Under the pieces are notes generated by a model that saw only the letters and a program-made list of their open reading frames with translations, was not told the DNA's origin and searched no databases. The position numbers were made by a program, and so were the translations under genes. DNA of 64,000 nucleotides from Escherichia coli (GTDB taxonomy: Bacteria > Pseudomonadota > Gammaproteobacteria > Enterobacterales > Enterobacteriaceae): assembly GCF_024502345.1 (NCBI RefSeq), contig NZ_JALDNN010000001.1. One strand, given 5' to 3'. The first letter of the stretch is position 1. Each line of letters begins with the position of its first letter. Of the stretch, positions 23,277 to 33,537 are shown piece by piece.

Positions 23277-26235
23277 CCTTAATCGCGTCATCGGATGGTC
23301 TGGTTTACTGCTGACGTCTTTATTGAGTACCAGCGCACTCGCAGACAATATCGGCACCAGCGCAGAAGAGCTGGGGCTGAGCGATTATCGCCATTTTGTT
23401 ATTTATCCCCGTCTCGATAAGGCGCTGAAGGCACAGAAAAATAACGACGAAGCAACCGCCATCCGCGAATTTGAATATATACACCAGCAGGTGCCGGATA
23501 ATATTCCGCTGACTTTATACCTTGCGGAAGCCTATCGCCATTTTGGTCATGATGACCGGGCGCGGCTGTTGCTTGAGGATCAACTGAAACGTCACCCAGG
23601 AGATGCCCGACTTGAGCGCAGTCTGGCGGCTATTCCGGTTGAAGTGAAAAGCGTTACAACTGTTGAAGAACTGCTTGCCCAGCAAAAAGCGTGCGATGCT
23701 GCGCCGACCCTGCGTTGTCGCAGTGAAGTCGGGCAGAATGCCCTGCGGCTTGCACAGTTACCTGTCGCCAGAGCGCAACTGAACGATGCGACGTTTGCTG
23801 CATCGCCGGAAGGAAAAACGCTGCGAACCGATCTGCTGCAACGGGCAATCTACCTGAAACAATGGTCCCAGGCAGATACGCTATACAATGAAGCACGCCA
23901 GCAGAACACATTAAGCGCGGCAGAACGCCGTCAGTGGTTTGACGTGCTTCTTGCCGGGCAGCTGGACGATCGGATCCTGGCACTGCAATCACAGGGGATC
24001 TTCACCGATCCTCAGTCATATATTACTTACGCGACCGCGCTGGCTTATCGTGGCGAAAAAGCACGCCTCCAGCATTATCTCATTGAAAATAAGCCGCTGT
24101 TTACCACGGACGCACAAGAGAAAAGTTGGCTCTATCTGTTATCTAAATACAGCGCCAACCCCGTTCAGGCATTGGCGAATTATACGGTGCAGTTTGCCGA
24201 TAACCGCCAGTATGTTGTTGGCGCGACGCTACCGGTGCTGTTAAAAGAAGGTCAGTACGACGCAGCGCAAAAACTGCTCGCCACCCTCCCCGCCAATGAA
24301 ATGCTTGAGGAGCGTTATGCTGTCAGCGTGGCGACCCGTAACAAGGCTGAAGCTCTGCGTCTGGCACGATTGCTGTATCAGCAAGAACCGGCAAATCTTA
24401 CCCGCCTGGATCAACTGACCTGGCAACTGATGCAGAACGAGCAGTCACGCGAAGCTGCCGATTTATTGCTGCAACGCTATCCTTTCCAGGGCGATGCGCG
24501 TGTCAGCCAGACTTTAATGGCGCGACTGGCGTCTCTGCTGGAAAGTCATCCTTACCTGGCAACGCCGGCGAAGGTGGCGATTTTATCGAAACCCTTACCG
24601 CTGGCGGAGCAACGTCAGTGGCAAAGTCAGTTGCCGGGTATTGCAGATAATTGCCCGGCAATAGTTCGCTTGCTGGGCGATATGTCGCCTTCCTACGATG
24701 CTGCCGCCTGGAACCGTCTGGCAAAGTGTTATCGGGACACGCTACCCGGTGTGGCGCTGTATGCATGGCTTCAGGCCGAACAACGACAACCGAACGCCTG
24801 GCAACATCGTGCGGTAGCCTATCAGGCGTATCAGGTTGAGGACTACGCCACCGCACTGGCGGCCTGGCAGAAAATCAGTCTTCACGACATGAGCAATGAG
24901 GATCTGCTTGCTGCTGCCAATACCGCCCAGGCGGCAGGAAATGGTGCAGCTCGCGATCGCTGGCTACAACAGGCAGAACAACGTGGACTGGGAAACAATG
25001 CCCTCTACTGGTGGCTGCATGCGCAACGTTACATTCCTGGTCAGCCGGAACTCGCACTGAGCGATCTCACGCGCTCAATCAATATTGCGCCTTCTGCCAA
25101 CGCTTACGTTGCGCGGGCGACAATTTATCGCCAACGTCATAATGTCCCGGCGGCGGTGAGTGATTTGCGCGCCGCGCTGGAACTGGAACCGAATAATAGC
25201 AACATCCAGGCAGCGCTTGGTTACGCCTTGTGGGATAGCGGTGATATCGCACAGTCGCGGGAAATGCTCGAACAGGCGCATAAAGGGCTACCGGACGATC
25301 CGGCACTGATCCGACAACTGGCCTATGTGAACCAGCGTCTGGATGACATGCCTGCGACGCAGCACTACGCCCGGCTGGTGATTGATGACATTGATAATCA
25401 GGCGCTGATAACCCCACTGACCCCAGAGCAAAATCAGCAACGCTTCAATTTCCGCCGTTTGCATGAGGAGGTCGGTCGCCGCTGGACGTTCAGTTTCGAT
25501 TCTTCCATCGGCTTGCGTTCCGGCGCAATGAGTACCGCTAACAATAATGTCGGCGGCGCAGCGCCAGGGAAAAGCTATCGTAGCTACGGACAACTGGAAG
25601 CCGAGTACCGCATCGGACGCAATATGCTGCTGGAAGGCGACCTGCTCTCAGTTTATAGCCGCGTCTTTGCCGATACCGGAGAAAACGGGGTGATGATGCC
25701 GGTGAAAAATCCGATGTCCGGCACCGGTCTGCGCTGGAAGCCGCTGCGCGATCAGATCTTTTTCCTCGCCGTCGAACAGCAGTTGCCGCTGAACGGGCAA
25801 AATGGCGCATCCGATACCATGCTGCGCGCCAGCGCCTCATTCTTTAATGGCGGCAAATACAGCGACGAATGGCACCCGAACGGTTCAGGCTGGTTTGCCC
25901 AAAACCTGTACCTCGATGCGGCGCAATATATCCGCCAGGATATTCAGGCGTGGACGGCAGATTATCGCGTCAGCTGGCATCTGAAGGTAGCTAACGGACA
26001 GACTATTGAGCCTTACGCTCACGTTCAGGACAACGGCTATCGTGATAAAGGCACTCAGGGCGCGCAGCTTGGCGGAGTCGGGGTCCGCTGGAATATCTGG
26101 ACCGGCGAGACGCACTACGACGCCTGGCCGCACAAAGTCAGTCTCGGCGTCGAGTATCAACATACCTTTAAGGCGATTAATCAACGTAACGGAGAGCGCA
26201 ACAACGCGTTTCTCACCATTGGAGTGCACTGGTAA
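23263..26235 (+). CDS. nfrA: Phage N4 adsorption outer membrane protein NfrA
   Basis: ORF 23242..26235; start at MKENNLNRVIGWSGLLLTSLLSTSALA (990 aa). Confidence 0.92.
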   Translation: MKENNLNRVIGWSGLLLTSLLSTSALADNIGTSAEELGLSDYRHFVIYPRLDKALKAQKNNDEATAIREFEYIHQQVPDNIPLTLYLAEAYRHFGHDDRARLLLEDQLKRHPGDARLERSLAAIPVEVKSVTTVEELLAQQKACDAAPTLRCRSEVGQNALRLAQLPVARAQLNDATFAASPEGKTLRTDLLQRAIYLKQWSQADTLYNEARQQNTLSAAERRQWFDVLLAGQLDDRILALQSQGIFTDPQSYITYATALAYRGEKARLQHYLIENKPLFTTDAQEKSWLYLLSKYSANPVQALANYTVQFADNRQYVVGATLPVLLKEGQYDAAQKLLATLPANEMLEERYAVSVATRNKAEALRLARLLYQQEPANLTRLDQLTWQLMQNEQSREAADLLLQRYPFQGDARVSQTLMARLASLLESHPYLATPAKVAILSKPLPLAEQRQWQSQLPGIADNCPAIVRLLGDMSPSYDAAAWNRLAKCYRDTLPGVALYAWLQAEQRQPNAWQHRAVAYQAYQVEDYATALAAWQKISLHDMSNEDLLAAANTAQAAGNGAARDRWLQQAEQRGLGNNALYWWLHAQRYIPGQPELALSDLTRSINIAPSANAYVARATIYRQRHNVPAAVSDLRAALELEPNNSNIQAALGYALWDSGDIAQSREMLEQAHKGLPDDPALIRQLAYVNQRLDDMPATQHYARLVIDDIDNQALITPLTPEQNQQRFNFRRLHEEVGRRWTFSFDSSIGLRSGAMSTANNNVGGAAPGKSYRSYGQLEAEYRIGRNMLLEGDLLSVYSRVFADTGENGVMMPVKNPMSGTGLRWKPLRDQIFFLAVEQQLPLNGQNGASDTMLRASASFFNGGKYSDEWHPNGSGWFAQNLYLDAAQYIRQDIQAWTADYRVSWHLKVANGQTIEPYAHVQDNGYRDKGTQGAQLGGVGVRWNIWTGETHYDAWPHKVSLGVEYQHTFKAINQRNGERNNAFLTIGVHW

Positions 26236-27126
26236 ATGCGTAAGTTCATTTTCGTATTGCTGACACTGCTTTTGGTCAGCCCTTTTTCCTTTGCGATGAA
26301 AGGTATTATCTGGCAACCACAAAACCGTGATAGTCAGGTTACCGATACCCAGTGGCAGGGGCTGATGAGTCAGTTACGTTTGCAAGGCTTCGATACCTTG
26401 GTTTTGCAATGGACCCGTTACGGCGATGCATTCACCCAGCCAGAACAGCGCGCGTTATTGTTTAAGCGTGCCGCAGCTGCGCAACAGGCTGGCCTGAAGC
26501 TGATTGTCGGGCTGAACGCCGATCCGGAATTTTTTATGCACCAGAAACAGTCGTCCGCAGCGCTGGAAAGCTATCTTAATCGCCTGCTGGCTGCCGATCT
26601 CCAGCAAGCCAGATTATGGAGCGCCGCGCCTGGCATAACGCCGGATGGCTGGTACATCAGCGCGGAAATTGACGACCTGAACTGGCGCAGCGAAGCTGCC
26701 CGTCAGCCTTTGCTAACATGGTTAAACAACGCGCAGCGGCTGATTAGCGATGTTTCAGCAAAACCGGTTTATATCAGTAGTTTTTTCGCCGGAAACATGT
26801 CGCCCGATGGCTATCGCCAACTGCTGGAACACGTTAAAGCAACCGGCGTTAATGTTTGGGTACAGGATGGCAGCGGCGTGGATAAACTGACCGCTGAACA
26901 GCGTGAACGTTATCTACAGGCCAGCGCCGATTGCCAAAGTTCCGCCCCAGCAAGCGGCATTGTTTATGAACTGTTTGTCGCCGGCAAAGGCAAAACCTTT
27001 ACAGCGAAACCGAAACCGGACGCAGAAATTGCCTCGCTGTTAGCGAAACGTTCCTCTTGCGGTAAAGACACGCTCTATTTCTCTCTGCGCTATTTGCCCG
27101 TCGCGCACGGCATTCTCGAGTATTAA
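26236..27126 (+). CDS. ybcH: Uncharacterised secreted protein YbcH
   Basis: 296-aa ORF with signal peptide MRKFIFVLLTLLLVSPFSFA. Confidence 0.85.
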   Translation: MRKFIFVLLTLLLVSPFSFAMKGIIWQPQNRDSQVTDTQWQGLMSQLRLQGFDTLVLQWTRYGDAFTQPEQRALLFKRAAAAQQAGLKLIVGLNADPEFFMHQKQSSAALESYLNRLLAADLQQARLWSAAPGITPDGWYISAEIDDLNWRSEAARQPLLTWLNNAQRLISDVSAKPVYISSFFAGNMSPDGYRQLLEHVKATGVNVWVQDGSGVDKLTAEQRERYLQASADCQSSAPASGIVYELFVAGKGKTFTAKPKPDAEIASLLAKRSSCGKDTLYFSLRYLPVAHGILEY

Positions 27127-27308
27127 ATCTCCTCCAGGTAAGTCGGGTACGACCTGGCTTACCTCTTTCGCTCTCGTCAGAATTCCATCAAGATTAATTG
27201 CTAAAAAGCATGCTAAAGAAAGAAGATCGTTATCGGCGAACGGGCCGATCACTCATGCAGGAAGCATAGATCCTTTGAGCGGAGTTTCTGATATCTGAGG
27301 AGTGCGAA

Positions 27309-28070
27309 ATGCAATTGAGCAGCAGTGAACCTTGCGTGGTGATCCTGACCGAAAAAGAGGTAGAGGTAAGCGTCAATAACCATGCTACGTTTACCCTTCC
27401 GAAAAACTACCTGGCCGCCTTCGCGTGCAACAATAACGTCATTGAACTCTCAACGTTAAATCACGTATTAATCACCCACATCAACCGTAACATCATCAAC
27501 GATTATCTGTTGTTTTTAAATAAGAACTTAACCTGTGTAAAGCCCTGGTCGCGGCTGGCTACCCCGGTTATCGCTTGTCATAGCCGTACACCGGAAGTGT
27601 TCCGGCTAGCCGCCAACCACAGCAAGCAGCAACCCAGCAAACCCTGCGAAGCGGAGTTGACGCGCGCATTGCTTTTTACCGTATTGTCTAACTTTCTTGA
27701 GCAATCGCGGTTTATTGCCCTACTGATGTATATCTTACGCAGCAGCGTCCGCGACAGCGTCTGCCGCATTATTCAAAGCGATATTCAGCACTACTGGAAT
27801 CTGCGAATTGTCGCCAGTTCGCTATGTTTAAGCCCCAGCCTGCTCAAAAAGAAATTAAAAAACGAAAATACCAGCTATAGCCAGATTGTCACAGAGTGTC
27901 GTATGCGTTACGCCGTACAGATGTTATTGATGGATAACAAAAATATCACTCAGGTGGCGCAATTATGTGGCTATAGCAGCACGTCGTACTTTATCTCTGT
28001 TTTTAAGGCGTTTTACGGCCTGACACCGTTGAATTATCTCGCCAAACAGCGACAAAAAGTGATGTGGTGA
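27309..28070 (+). CDS. envY: AraC-family transcriptional regulator EnvY
   Basis: 253-aa ORF with C-terminal AraC-type HTH. Confidence 0.88.
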   Translation: MQLSSSEPCVVILTEKEVEVSVNNHATFTLPKNYLAAFACNNNVIELSTLNHVLITHINRNIINDYLLFLNKNLTCVKPWSRLATPVIACHSRTPEVFRLAANHSKQQPSKPCEAELTRALLFTVLSNFLEQSRFIALLMYILRSSVRDSVCRIIQSDIQHYWNLRIVASSLCLSPSLLKKKLKNENTSYSQIVTECRMRYAVQMLLMDNKNITQVAQLCGYSSTSYFISVFKAFYGLTPLNYLAKQRQKVMW

Positions 28071-28114
28071 AGAGCAAAGCGGAACGGATAAGACGGGGTT
28101 AAATGAAGAAGAAA

Positions 28115-28159
28115 TGGCGCGCCCTGCAGGATTCGAACCTGCGGCCCACGACTTAGAAG
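28115..28159 (-). repeat. Prophage att repeat: 45-bp copy of the 3' end of tRNA-Arg (argU)
   Basis: tggcgcgccctgcaggattcgaacctgcggcccacgacttagaag is identical to the 3' 45 nt of the complete tRNA at 36672-36748. Confidence 0.85.
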
Positions 28160-28581
28160 TTCCTAGAACGACATTTTAAGTCAACAAATTACCGCGCCAT
28201 CTCTGCGCTCATACGTCCCACTACCTCAAAACATGTAAAGCCTTGCAAGCCATTGTGAGGCCTTATGTGTCTCAGTTTTGTCCCTCTTTTTTGTACTAAA
28301 AAACATAGCAATTGAGGATAAACCTCATGCTATTTTCGCTTATATGCCTTTAAAGGCATGGCGCTTAAATAGATAAAAACACCACAAAATCATAAAAAAC
28401 CACACAGTAAAACCGCAACATAAAACAATAACAGATAATTAAACCAAAAACAGATAGCGCATTGTGATAATCATTCAATACTAAACAAAATATAAACAGT
28501 GGAGCAATATGTGATTGACTCATTAAGTTAGATATAAAAAATACATATTCAATCATTAAAACGATTGAATGGAGAACTTTT

Positions 28582-28832
28582 ATGCGGGCGAAACTTCTGG
28601 GAATAGTTCTGACAACCCCTATTGCGATCAGCTCTTTTGCTTCTACCGAGACTATATCGTTTACTCCTGACAACATAAATGCGGACATTAGTCTTGGAAC
28701 TCTGAGCGGAAAAACAAAAGAGCGCGTTTATCTAGCTGAAGAAGGAGGCCGAAAAGTCAGTCAACTCGACTGGAAATTCAATAACGCTGCAATTATTAAA
28801 GGTGCAATTAATTGGGATTTGATGCCCCAGAT
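28582..28832 (+). pseudogene. ompT: ompT 5' fragment (outer membrane protease VII), truncated after ~83 codons by IS903-like element
   Basis: MRAKLLGIVLTTPIAISSFASTETISFTPDNINADISLGTLSGKTKERVYLAEEGGRKVSQLDWKFNNAAIIKGAINWDLMPQ then IS inverted repeat at 28833. Confidence 0.85.
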
Positions 28833-29889
28833 GGCTTTGTTGAATAAATCGAACTTTTGCTGAGTTGAAGGATCAGATCACGTATCTTCCCGACAACGCA
28901 GACCGTTCCGTGGCAAAGCAAAAGTTCAAAATCACCAACTGGCCCACCTACAATAAAGCCCTCATCAACCGTGGCTCCATAACTTTCTGGCTGGATGATG
29001 AAGCTATTCAGGCCTGGTATGAGTCAGCAACACCTTCTTCACGAGGCAGACCTCAGCGCTATTCTGACCTTGCCATCACGACTGTGCTGGTCATTAAACG
29101 CGTATTCAGGCTGACCCTGCGCGCTGCGCAGGGCTTTATTGATTCCATTTTTTCTCTGATGAACGTTCCGCTACGCTGCCCGGATTACAGCTGTGTCAGC
29201 AGGCGGGCAAAGTCGGTTAATGTCAGTTTCAAAACGCCCACCCGGGGTGAAATCGCACACCTGGTAATTGATTCCACCGGGCTGAAGGTCTTCGGTGAAG
29301 GCGAGTGGAAAGTCAAAAAGCATGGCCAGGAACGCCGCCGTATCTGGCGTAAGCTGCATCTCGCCGTTGACAGTAAAACACATGAAATCATCTGCGCTGA
29401 CCTGTCGCTGAACAACGTTACGGACTCAGAGGCCTTCCCCGGGTTAATCCGGCAAACCCACCGGAAAATCAGGTCAGCCGCCGCCGATGGCGCTTACGAT
29501 ACCCGGCTATGTCACGATGAACTGCGGCGTAAGAAAATCAGCGCGCTTATCCCTCCCCGAAAAGGTGCGGGTTACTGGCCCGGTGAATATGCAGACCGTA
29601 ACCGTGCAGTGGCTAATCAGCGAATGACCGGGAGTAATGCGCGGTGGAAATGGACAACAGATTACAACCGTCGCTCGATAGCGGAAACGGCGATGTACCG
29701 GGTAAAACAGCTGTTCGGGGGTTCACTGACACTGCGTGACTACGATGGTCAGGTTGCAGAGGCTATGGCCCTGGTACGAGCGCTGAACAAAATGACGAAA
29801 GCAGGTATGCCTGAAAGCGTGCGTATTGCCTGAAAACACAACCCGCTACGGGGGAGACTTACCCGAAATCTGATTTATTCAACAAAGCC
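28833..29889 (+). mobile_element. IS903-like insertion sequence (IS5 family), copy 1, no target-site duplication
   Basis: 1057 bp; terminal inverted repeats ggctttgttgaataaatcg / cgatttattcaacaaagcc; flanks gccccagat vs tcgctgaaa differ. Confidence 0.85.
28865..29833 (+). CDS. IS903-family transposase
   Basis: 322-aa ORF ...[39 protein letters not shown]...; identical to the copy at 56939..57907. Confidence 0.85.
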   Translation: MKDQITYLPDNADRSVAKQKFKITNWPTYNKALINRGSITFWLDDEAIQAWYESATPSSRGRPQRYSDLAITTVLVIKRVFRLTLRAAQGFIDSIFSLMNVPLRCPDYSCVSRRAKSVNVSFKTPTRGEIAHLVIDSTGLKVFGEGEWKVKKHGQERRRIWRKLHLAVDSKTHEIICADLSLNNVTDSEAFPGLIRQTHRKIRSAAADGAYDTRLCHDELRRKKISALIPPRKGAGYWPGEYADRNRAVANQRMTGSNARWKWTTDYNRRSIAETAMYRVKQLFGGSLTLRDYDGQVAEAMALVRALNKMTKAGMPESVRIA

Positions 29890-30078
29890 TCGCTGAAAGT
29901 GGAATGTATCCATGGAGAACACTTTATCAGCCGGGAAATAATGCGGGCAACGGTGTTTAATTATATCGAATGTGATTACAATCGGTGGCGGCGGCACAGT
30001 TGGTGTGGCGGCCTCAGTCCGGAACAATTTGAAAACCAGAACCTCGCTTAGGCCTGTGTCCATATTACGTGGGTAGGA
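29890..30078 (+). mobile_element. IS3 right-end remnant (3' end of orfB plus terminal inverted repeat)
   Basis: Encodes [53 protein letters not shown]; ends ...cctgtgtccatattacgtgggtaggatca. Confidence 0.75.
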
Positions 30079-30331
30079 TCACACCTTCTTCCACACTTTC
30101 TGGAACATTTAGGTAACAACCATCTGGATATTGGTGTTGGAACTGGGTTTTACCTTACTCACGTACCTGAGAGTAGTCTGATATCTTTAATGGATTTGAA
30201 CGAAGCTAGCCTGAACGCGGCATCTACAAGGGCTGGGGAATCAAAAATTAAACATAAAATTAACCATTGATGTAGCCCCCTGAAACACCGGACAGTAGCT
30301 GTATCTCCAGATAAGAGATAGGCTTGAATAT

Positions 30332-30727
30332 ATGTCTAACACTAACGCCAATTTTGAGATGACCGGGATCCTGTTAGGGCAAGAAGTCCGTAAACGTAAA
30401 ACTCCTCAGGAGAAGATCGCCATTATCCAGCAGACGATGGAGCCGGGTATGAATGTCTCCCATGTCGCCCGCCTGCATGGTATCCAGCCCAGCCTGCTGT
30501 TTAAGTGGAAGAAGCAATATCAGGAAGGCAGCCTCACCGCCGTTGCGGCTGGAGAGGAAGTCGTTCCTGCTTCTGAGCTTACTGCTGCTCTGAAGCAGGT
30601 CCGGGAGCTTCAGCGCCTTCTGGGCAAGAAAACGATGGAAGTTGAGATCCTGAAAGAAGCCGTGGAGTACGGTCAGTCGCGAAAATGGATAGCGCACGCG
30701 CCCTTGTTGCCAAAGGACGGGGAATAG
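30332..30727 (+). CDS. IS3-family transposase OrfA (HTH)
   Basis: 131 aa, ...[60 protein letters not shown]... similar to IS2 InsC. Confidence 0.8.
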   Translation: MSNTNANFEMTGILLGQEVRKRKTPQEKIAIIQQTMEPGMNVSHVARLHGIQPSLLFKWKKQYQEGSLTAVAAGEEVVPASELTAALKQVRELQRLLGKKTMEVEILKEAVEYGQSRKWIAHAPLLPKDGE

Positions 30728-31566
30728 CCATGGTCAGCCGGACCATGGGCGTGTCGCGTGCGCAACTGTCACTGCGGATTAACCGTTCTGCCGACTGGCA
30801 GGACAGGCGCTGTAACCGGCGTAATGAAGAAGCAGACGCAGAAATACTGTCGGCTATCCTCAACATTATCAGCGATATGCCGAGTTATGGTTATCGACGC
30901 GTGTGGGGCATCCTGCGCAAGCAACGTCGCACAGAGGGACAGCCACCTGTGAATGCCAAACGGCTTTACAGGATAATGAGCGAGCATAACCTGTTGTTGT
31001 TGCATCACAAACCAGAGCGACCGAAGCGTGAACATAAGGGCAAGATAGCGGTGGCAGAAAGCGATATGCGCTGGTGTTCAGATGGCTTCGAGTTCGGCTG
31101 CGACAACGGCGAAAAACTGCGGGTAACGTTCGCGCTGGACTGCTGCGACCGTGAGGCCATAGACTGGGCAGCAAGCACGGGAGGCTATGACAGTTCGACC
31201 GTGCAGGATGTGATGCTGAGGTCGGTGGAAAAGCGCTTCGGCGACAGGTTGCCCGACACAGCGGTGCAGTGGCTGACGGATAACGGTTCAGCGTATACCG
31301 CGTATGAAACGCGGAGGTTCGCGAGAGAGCTGAATCTGGAGCCCTGCACAACAGCGGTGAGCAGCCCGCAGAGTAATGGCATGGCCGAACGGTTCGTGAA
31401 AACGATGAAAGAAGACTATATCGCGTTCATGCCAAAACCGGATGTGAGAACAGCACTGCGAAACCTTGCAGTAGCGTTCACGCATTACAATGAAAACCAC
31501 CCGCACAGCGCGCTGGGATATCACTCCCCGAGGGAATACCGGCGGCAGCGGACATCGTTAACTTAA
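30685..31566 (+). CDS. IS3-family transposase OrfB (DDE catalytic domain)
   Basis: 293 aa overlapping orfA in another frame; ...[17 protein letters not shown]... Confidence 0.8.
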   Translation: MDSARALVAKGRGIAMVSRTMGVSRAQLSLRINRSADWQDRRCNRRNEEADAEILSAILNIISDMPSYGYRRVWGILRKQRRTEGQPPVNAKRLYRIMSEHNLLLLHHKPERPKREHKGKIAVAESDMRWCSDGFEFGCDNGEKLRVTFALDCCDREAIDWAASTGGYDSSTVQDVMLRSVEKRFGDRLPDTAVQWLTDNGSAYTAYETRRFARELNLEPCTTAVSSPQSNGMAERFVKTMKEDYIAFMPKPDVRTALRNLAVAFTHYNENHPHSALGYHSPREYRRQRTSLT

Positions 31567-31615
31567 GATACAAAAGCTGTTCGGAGATGGAGGGTCAAGA
31601 TCACATAAAATTAAC

Positions 31616-31972
31616 CATGATGTTTTTGAACCTTATCCCGCGGCGTTACATGGTCAATTTGATTCCATTTCCATGTTTTACCTTCTTCACTGCCTGCCTG
31701 GAAATATATCTACAAAAAGCTGTGTAATACGCAATGCGGCGCAGGCCTTAACTGACGATGGAACTCTATACGGAGCCACAATTCTTGGCGATGGAGTTGT
31801 GCACAATAGCTTCGGTCAAAAACTGATGCGCATTTACAATCAGAAAGGCATCTTTTCAAACACAAAAGATTCCGAAGAAGGCTTAACACATATACTCTCA
31901 GAGCATTTCGAGAATGTTAAAACCAAGGTTCAAGGTACTGTAGTAATGTTTTCCGCTTCAGGGAAAAAATAG
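31616..31972 (+). CDS. Hypothetical protein, apparently 5'-truncated gene remnant
   Basis: Open frame begins immediately after the IS2-like flank with no start until 31673; followed by hairpin terminator at ~31980-32017. Confidence 0.3.
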   Translation, partial: HDVFEPYPAALHGQFDSISMFYLLHCLPGNISTKSCVIRNAAQALTDDGTLYGATILGDGVVHNSFGQKLMRIYNQKGIFSNTKDSEEGLTHILSEHFENVKTKVQGTVVMFSASGKK

Positions 31973-32281
31973 CATCCAACCGCAGCACGTTCTTGCATAA
32001 GGCGTGTCTGCGGTTTTTCAACTATTCAGATACATCACTCCCATCACATTCATTCCTCCGCATCATAGGCATATAGGCTATATCACCTTGATATTTTTCT
32101 TCTTCAGATAAAAACTGTTATCTATGTATACTTTTAAACCCAATCCGTGTAGAGTCTCTGCATAAGATAGTTTGCAGTTGCCACTTCAGCTTGCGCCATA
32201 AACCGCCTGATTTTTGCCGCCACCTGGGTGATGCTGCCAACTTACTGATTTAGTGTATGATGGTGTTTTTGAGGTGCTCCA

Positions 32282-32557
32282 GTGGCTTCTGTTTCTATCA
32301 GCTGTCCCTCCTGTTCAGCTACTGACGGGGTGGTGCGTAACGGCAAAAGCACCGCCGGACATCAGCGCTATCTCTGCTCTCACTGCCGTAAAACATGGCA
32401 ACTGCAGTTCACTTACACCGCTTCTCAACCCGGTACGCACCAGAAAATCATTGATATGGCCATGAATGGCGTTGGATGCCGGGCAACCGCCCGCATTATG
32501 GGCGTTGGCCTCAACACGATTTTCCGCCATTTAAAAAACTCAGGCCGCAGTCGGTAA
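32282..32557 (+). CDS. insA: IS1 InsA
   Basis: 91 aa [43 protein letters not shown]... Confidence 0.9.
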   Translation: MASVSISCPSCSATDGVVRNGKSTAGHQRYLCSHCRKTWQLQFTYTASQPGTHQKIIDMAMNGVGCRATARIMGVGLNTIFRHLKNSGRSR

Positions 32558-32979
32558 CCTCGCGCATACAGCCGGGCAGTGACGTCATCGTCTGCGCGGA
32601 AATGGACGAACAGTGGGGATACGTCGGGGCTAAATCGCGCCAGCGCTGGCTGTTTTACGCGTATGACAGGCTCCGGAAGACGGTTGTTGCGCACGTATTC
32701 GGTGAACGCACTATGGCGACGCTGGGGCGTCTTATGAGCCTGCTGTCACCCTTTGACGTGGTGATATGGATGACGGATGGCTGGCCGCTGTATGAATCCC
32801 GCCTGAAGGGAAAGCTGCACGTAATCAGCAAGCGATATACGCAGCGAATTGAGCGGCATAACCTGAATCTGAGGCAGCACCTGGCACGGCTGGGACGGAA
32901 GTCGCTGTCGTTCTCAAAATCGGTGGAGCTGCATGACAAAGTCATCGGGCATTATCTGAACATAAAACACTATCAATAA
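32476..32979 (+). CDS. insB: IS1 InsB (expressed as InsAB' by frameshift)
   Basis: 167-aa ORF in -1 frame relative to insA. Confidence 0.85.
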   Translation: MPGNRPHYGRWPQHDFPPFKKLRPQSVTSRIQPGSDVIVCAEMDEQWGYVGAKSRQRWLFYAYDRLRKTVVAHVFGERTMATLGRLMSLLSPFDVVIWMTDGWPLYESRLKGKLHVISKRYTQRIERHNLNLRQHLARLGRKSLSFSKSVELHDKVIGHYLNIKHYQ

Positions 32980-33439
32980 GTTGGAGTCATTACCTAAGTC
33001 AGGTATAAATATAAGTGACATTGCCCAAGAATTCAAAACCTCGCGGCAAACCATTTTAAGAGCTAAAGCAAAAAATCAGACACCTGATATATAAAAATAA
33101 TCTCGGTGTGAGATTCCTTACGTTTTCCAAGCCCCCCTTCCTAGCCTTAAATGGAAAGATACTTCTAATTATAGAATTTATATATCTTACCCTACGGTAG
33201 GGCTGGCCATTCAATATCCGGTGCAGTTGATGTATCAACACGGTTCAGCAACACCCGATACTTTTTCCAGGCTTCCAGCAACAAGGTTTCTTCCTCCGTT
33301 GCGATCTCCAGATCCACAGCATCCTGAAGCGGCGCTATATGCTCACTGGCTACCTGCATCAGGCTGTTTTTTGTTTCTTCCGCCTACCTGTAATACTGAT
33401 TGCGAGTTGAATGGTTTGATTTGTCATTATCAATTCCTA

Positions 33440-33500
33440 TTGGTATTGCAATGAATGAATAATAGCAATGCGTATTAATCCAAGCAATAGCAAAACGTGT
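33440..33500. promoter_or_regulatory. Putative operator/promoter region upstream of prophage repressor (OR-like)
   Basis: Palindrome attgcaat plus repeated aatagcaa motifs; tataaa -10-like hexamer 10 nt before the repressor ATG. Confidence 0.4.
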
Positions 33501-33537
33501 TTTGACCATCAATACGCAAGCGTATAAATTAAAACTT

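Larger units (their letters stand above)
30268..31603 (+). mobile_element. IS2-group (IS3 family) insertion sequence
   Basis: 1336 bp, TG...CA ends with imperfect inverted repeats; orfA/orfB arrangement; flanked by 15-bp direct repeat cataaaattaaccat. Confidence 0.75.
32227..32994 (+). mobile_element. IS1 insertion sequence, copy 1 (no target duplication)
   Basis: 768 bp; ends ggtgatgctgccaacttactgat ... aagttggagtcattacc; flanks cgccacctg vs taagtcagg. Confidence 0.92.

Noticed and set aside
28170-28570. AT-rich stretch with a 107-aa minus-strand ORF (28365..28688) that might suggest a foreign gene
   Set aside because: It is the AT-rich upstream regulatory region of ompT and overlaps the ompT start; the ORF has a low-complexity hydrophobic translation typical of AT-rich noise.
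33056-33454. ORFs 33056..33241 (-) and 33221..33454 (+) considered as a cro-like partner of the repressor
   Set aside because: No helix-turn-helix signature or ribosome-binding site; the minus-strand frames near the operator are only 22 and 56 codons. Treated as non-coding or decayed.
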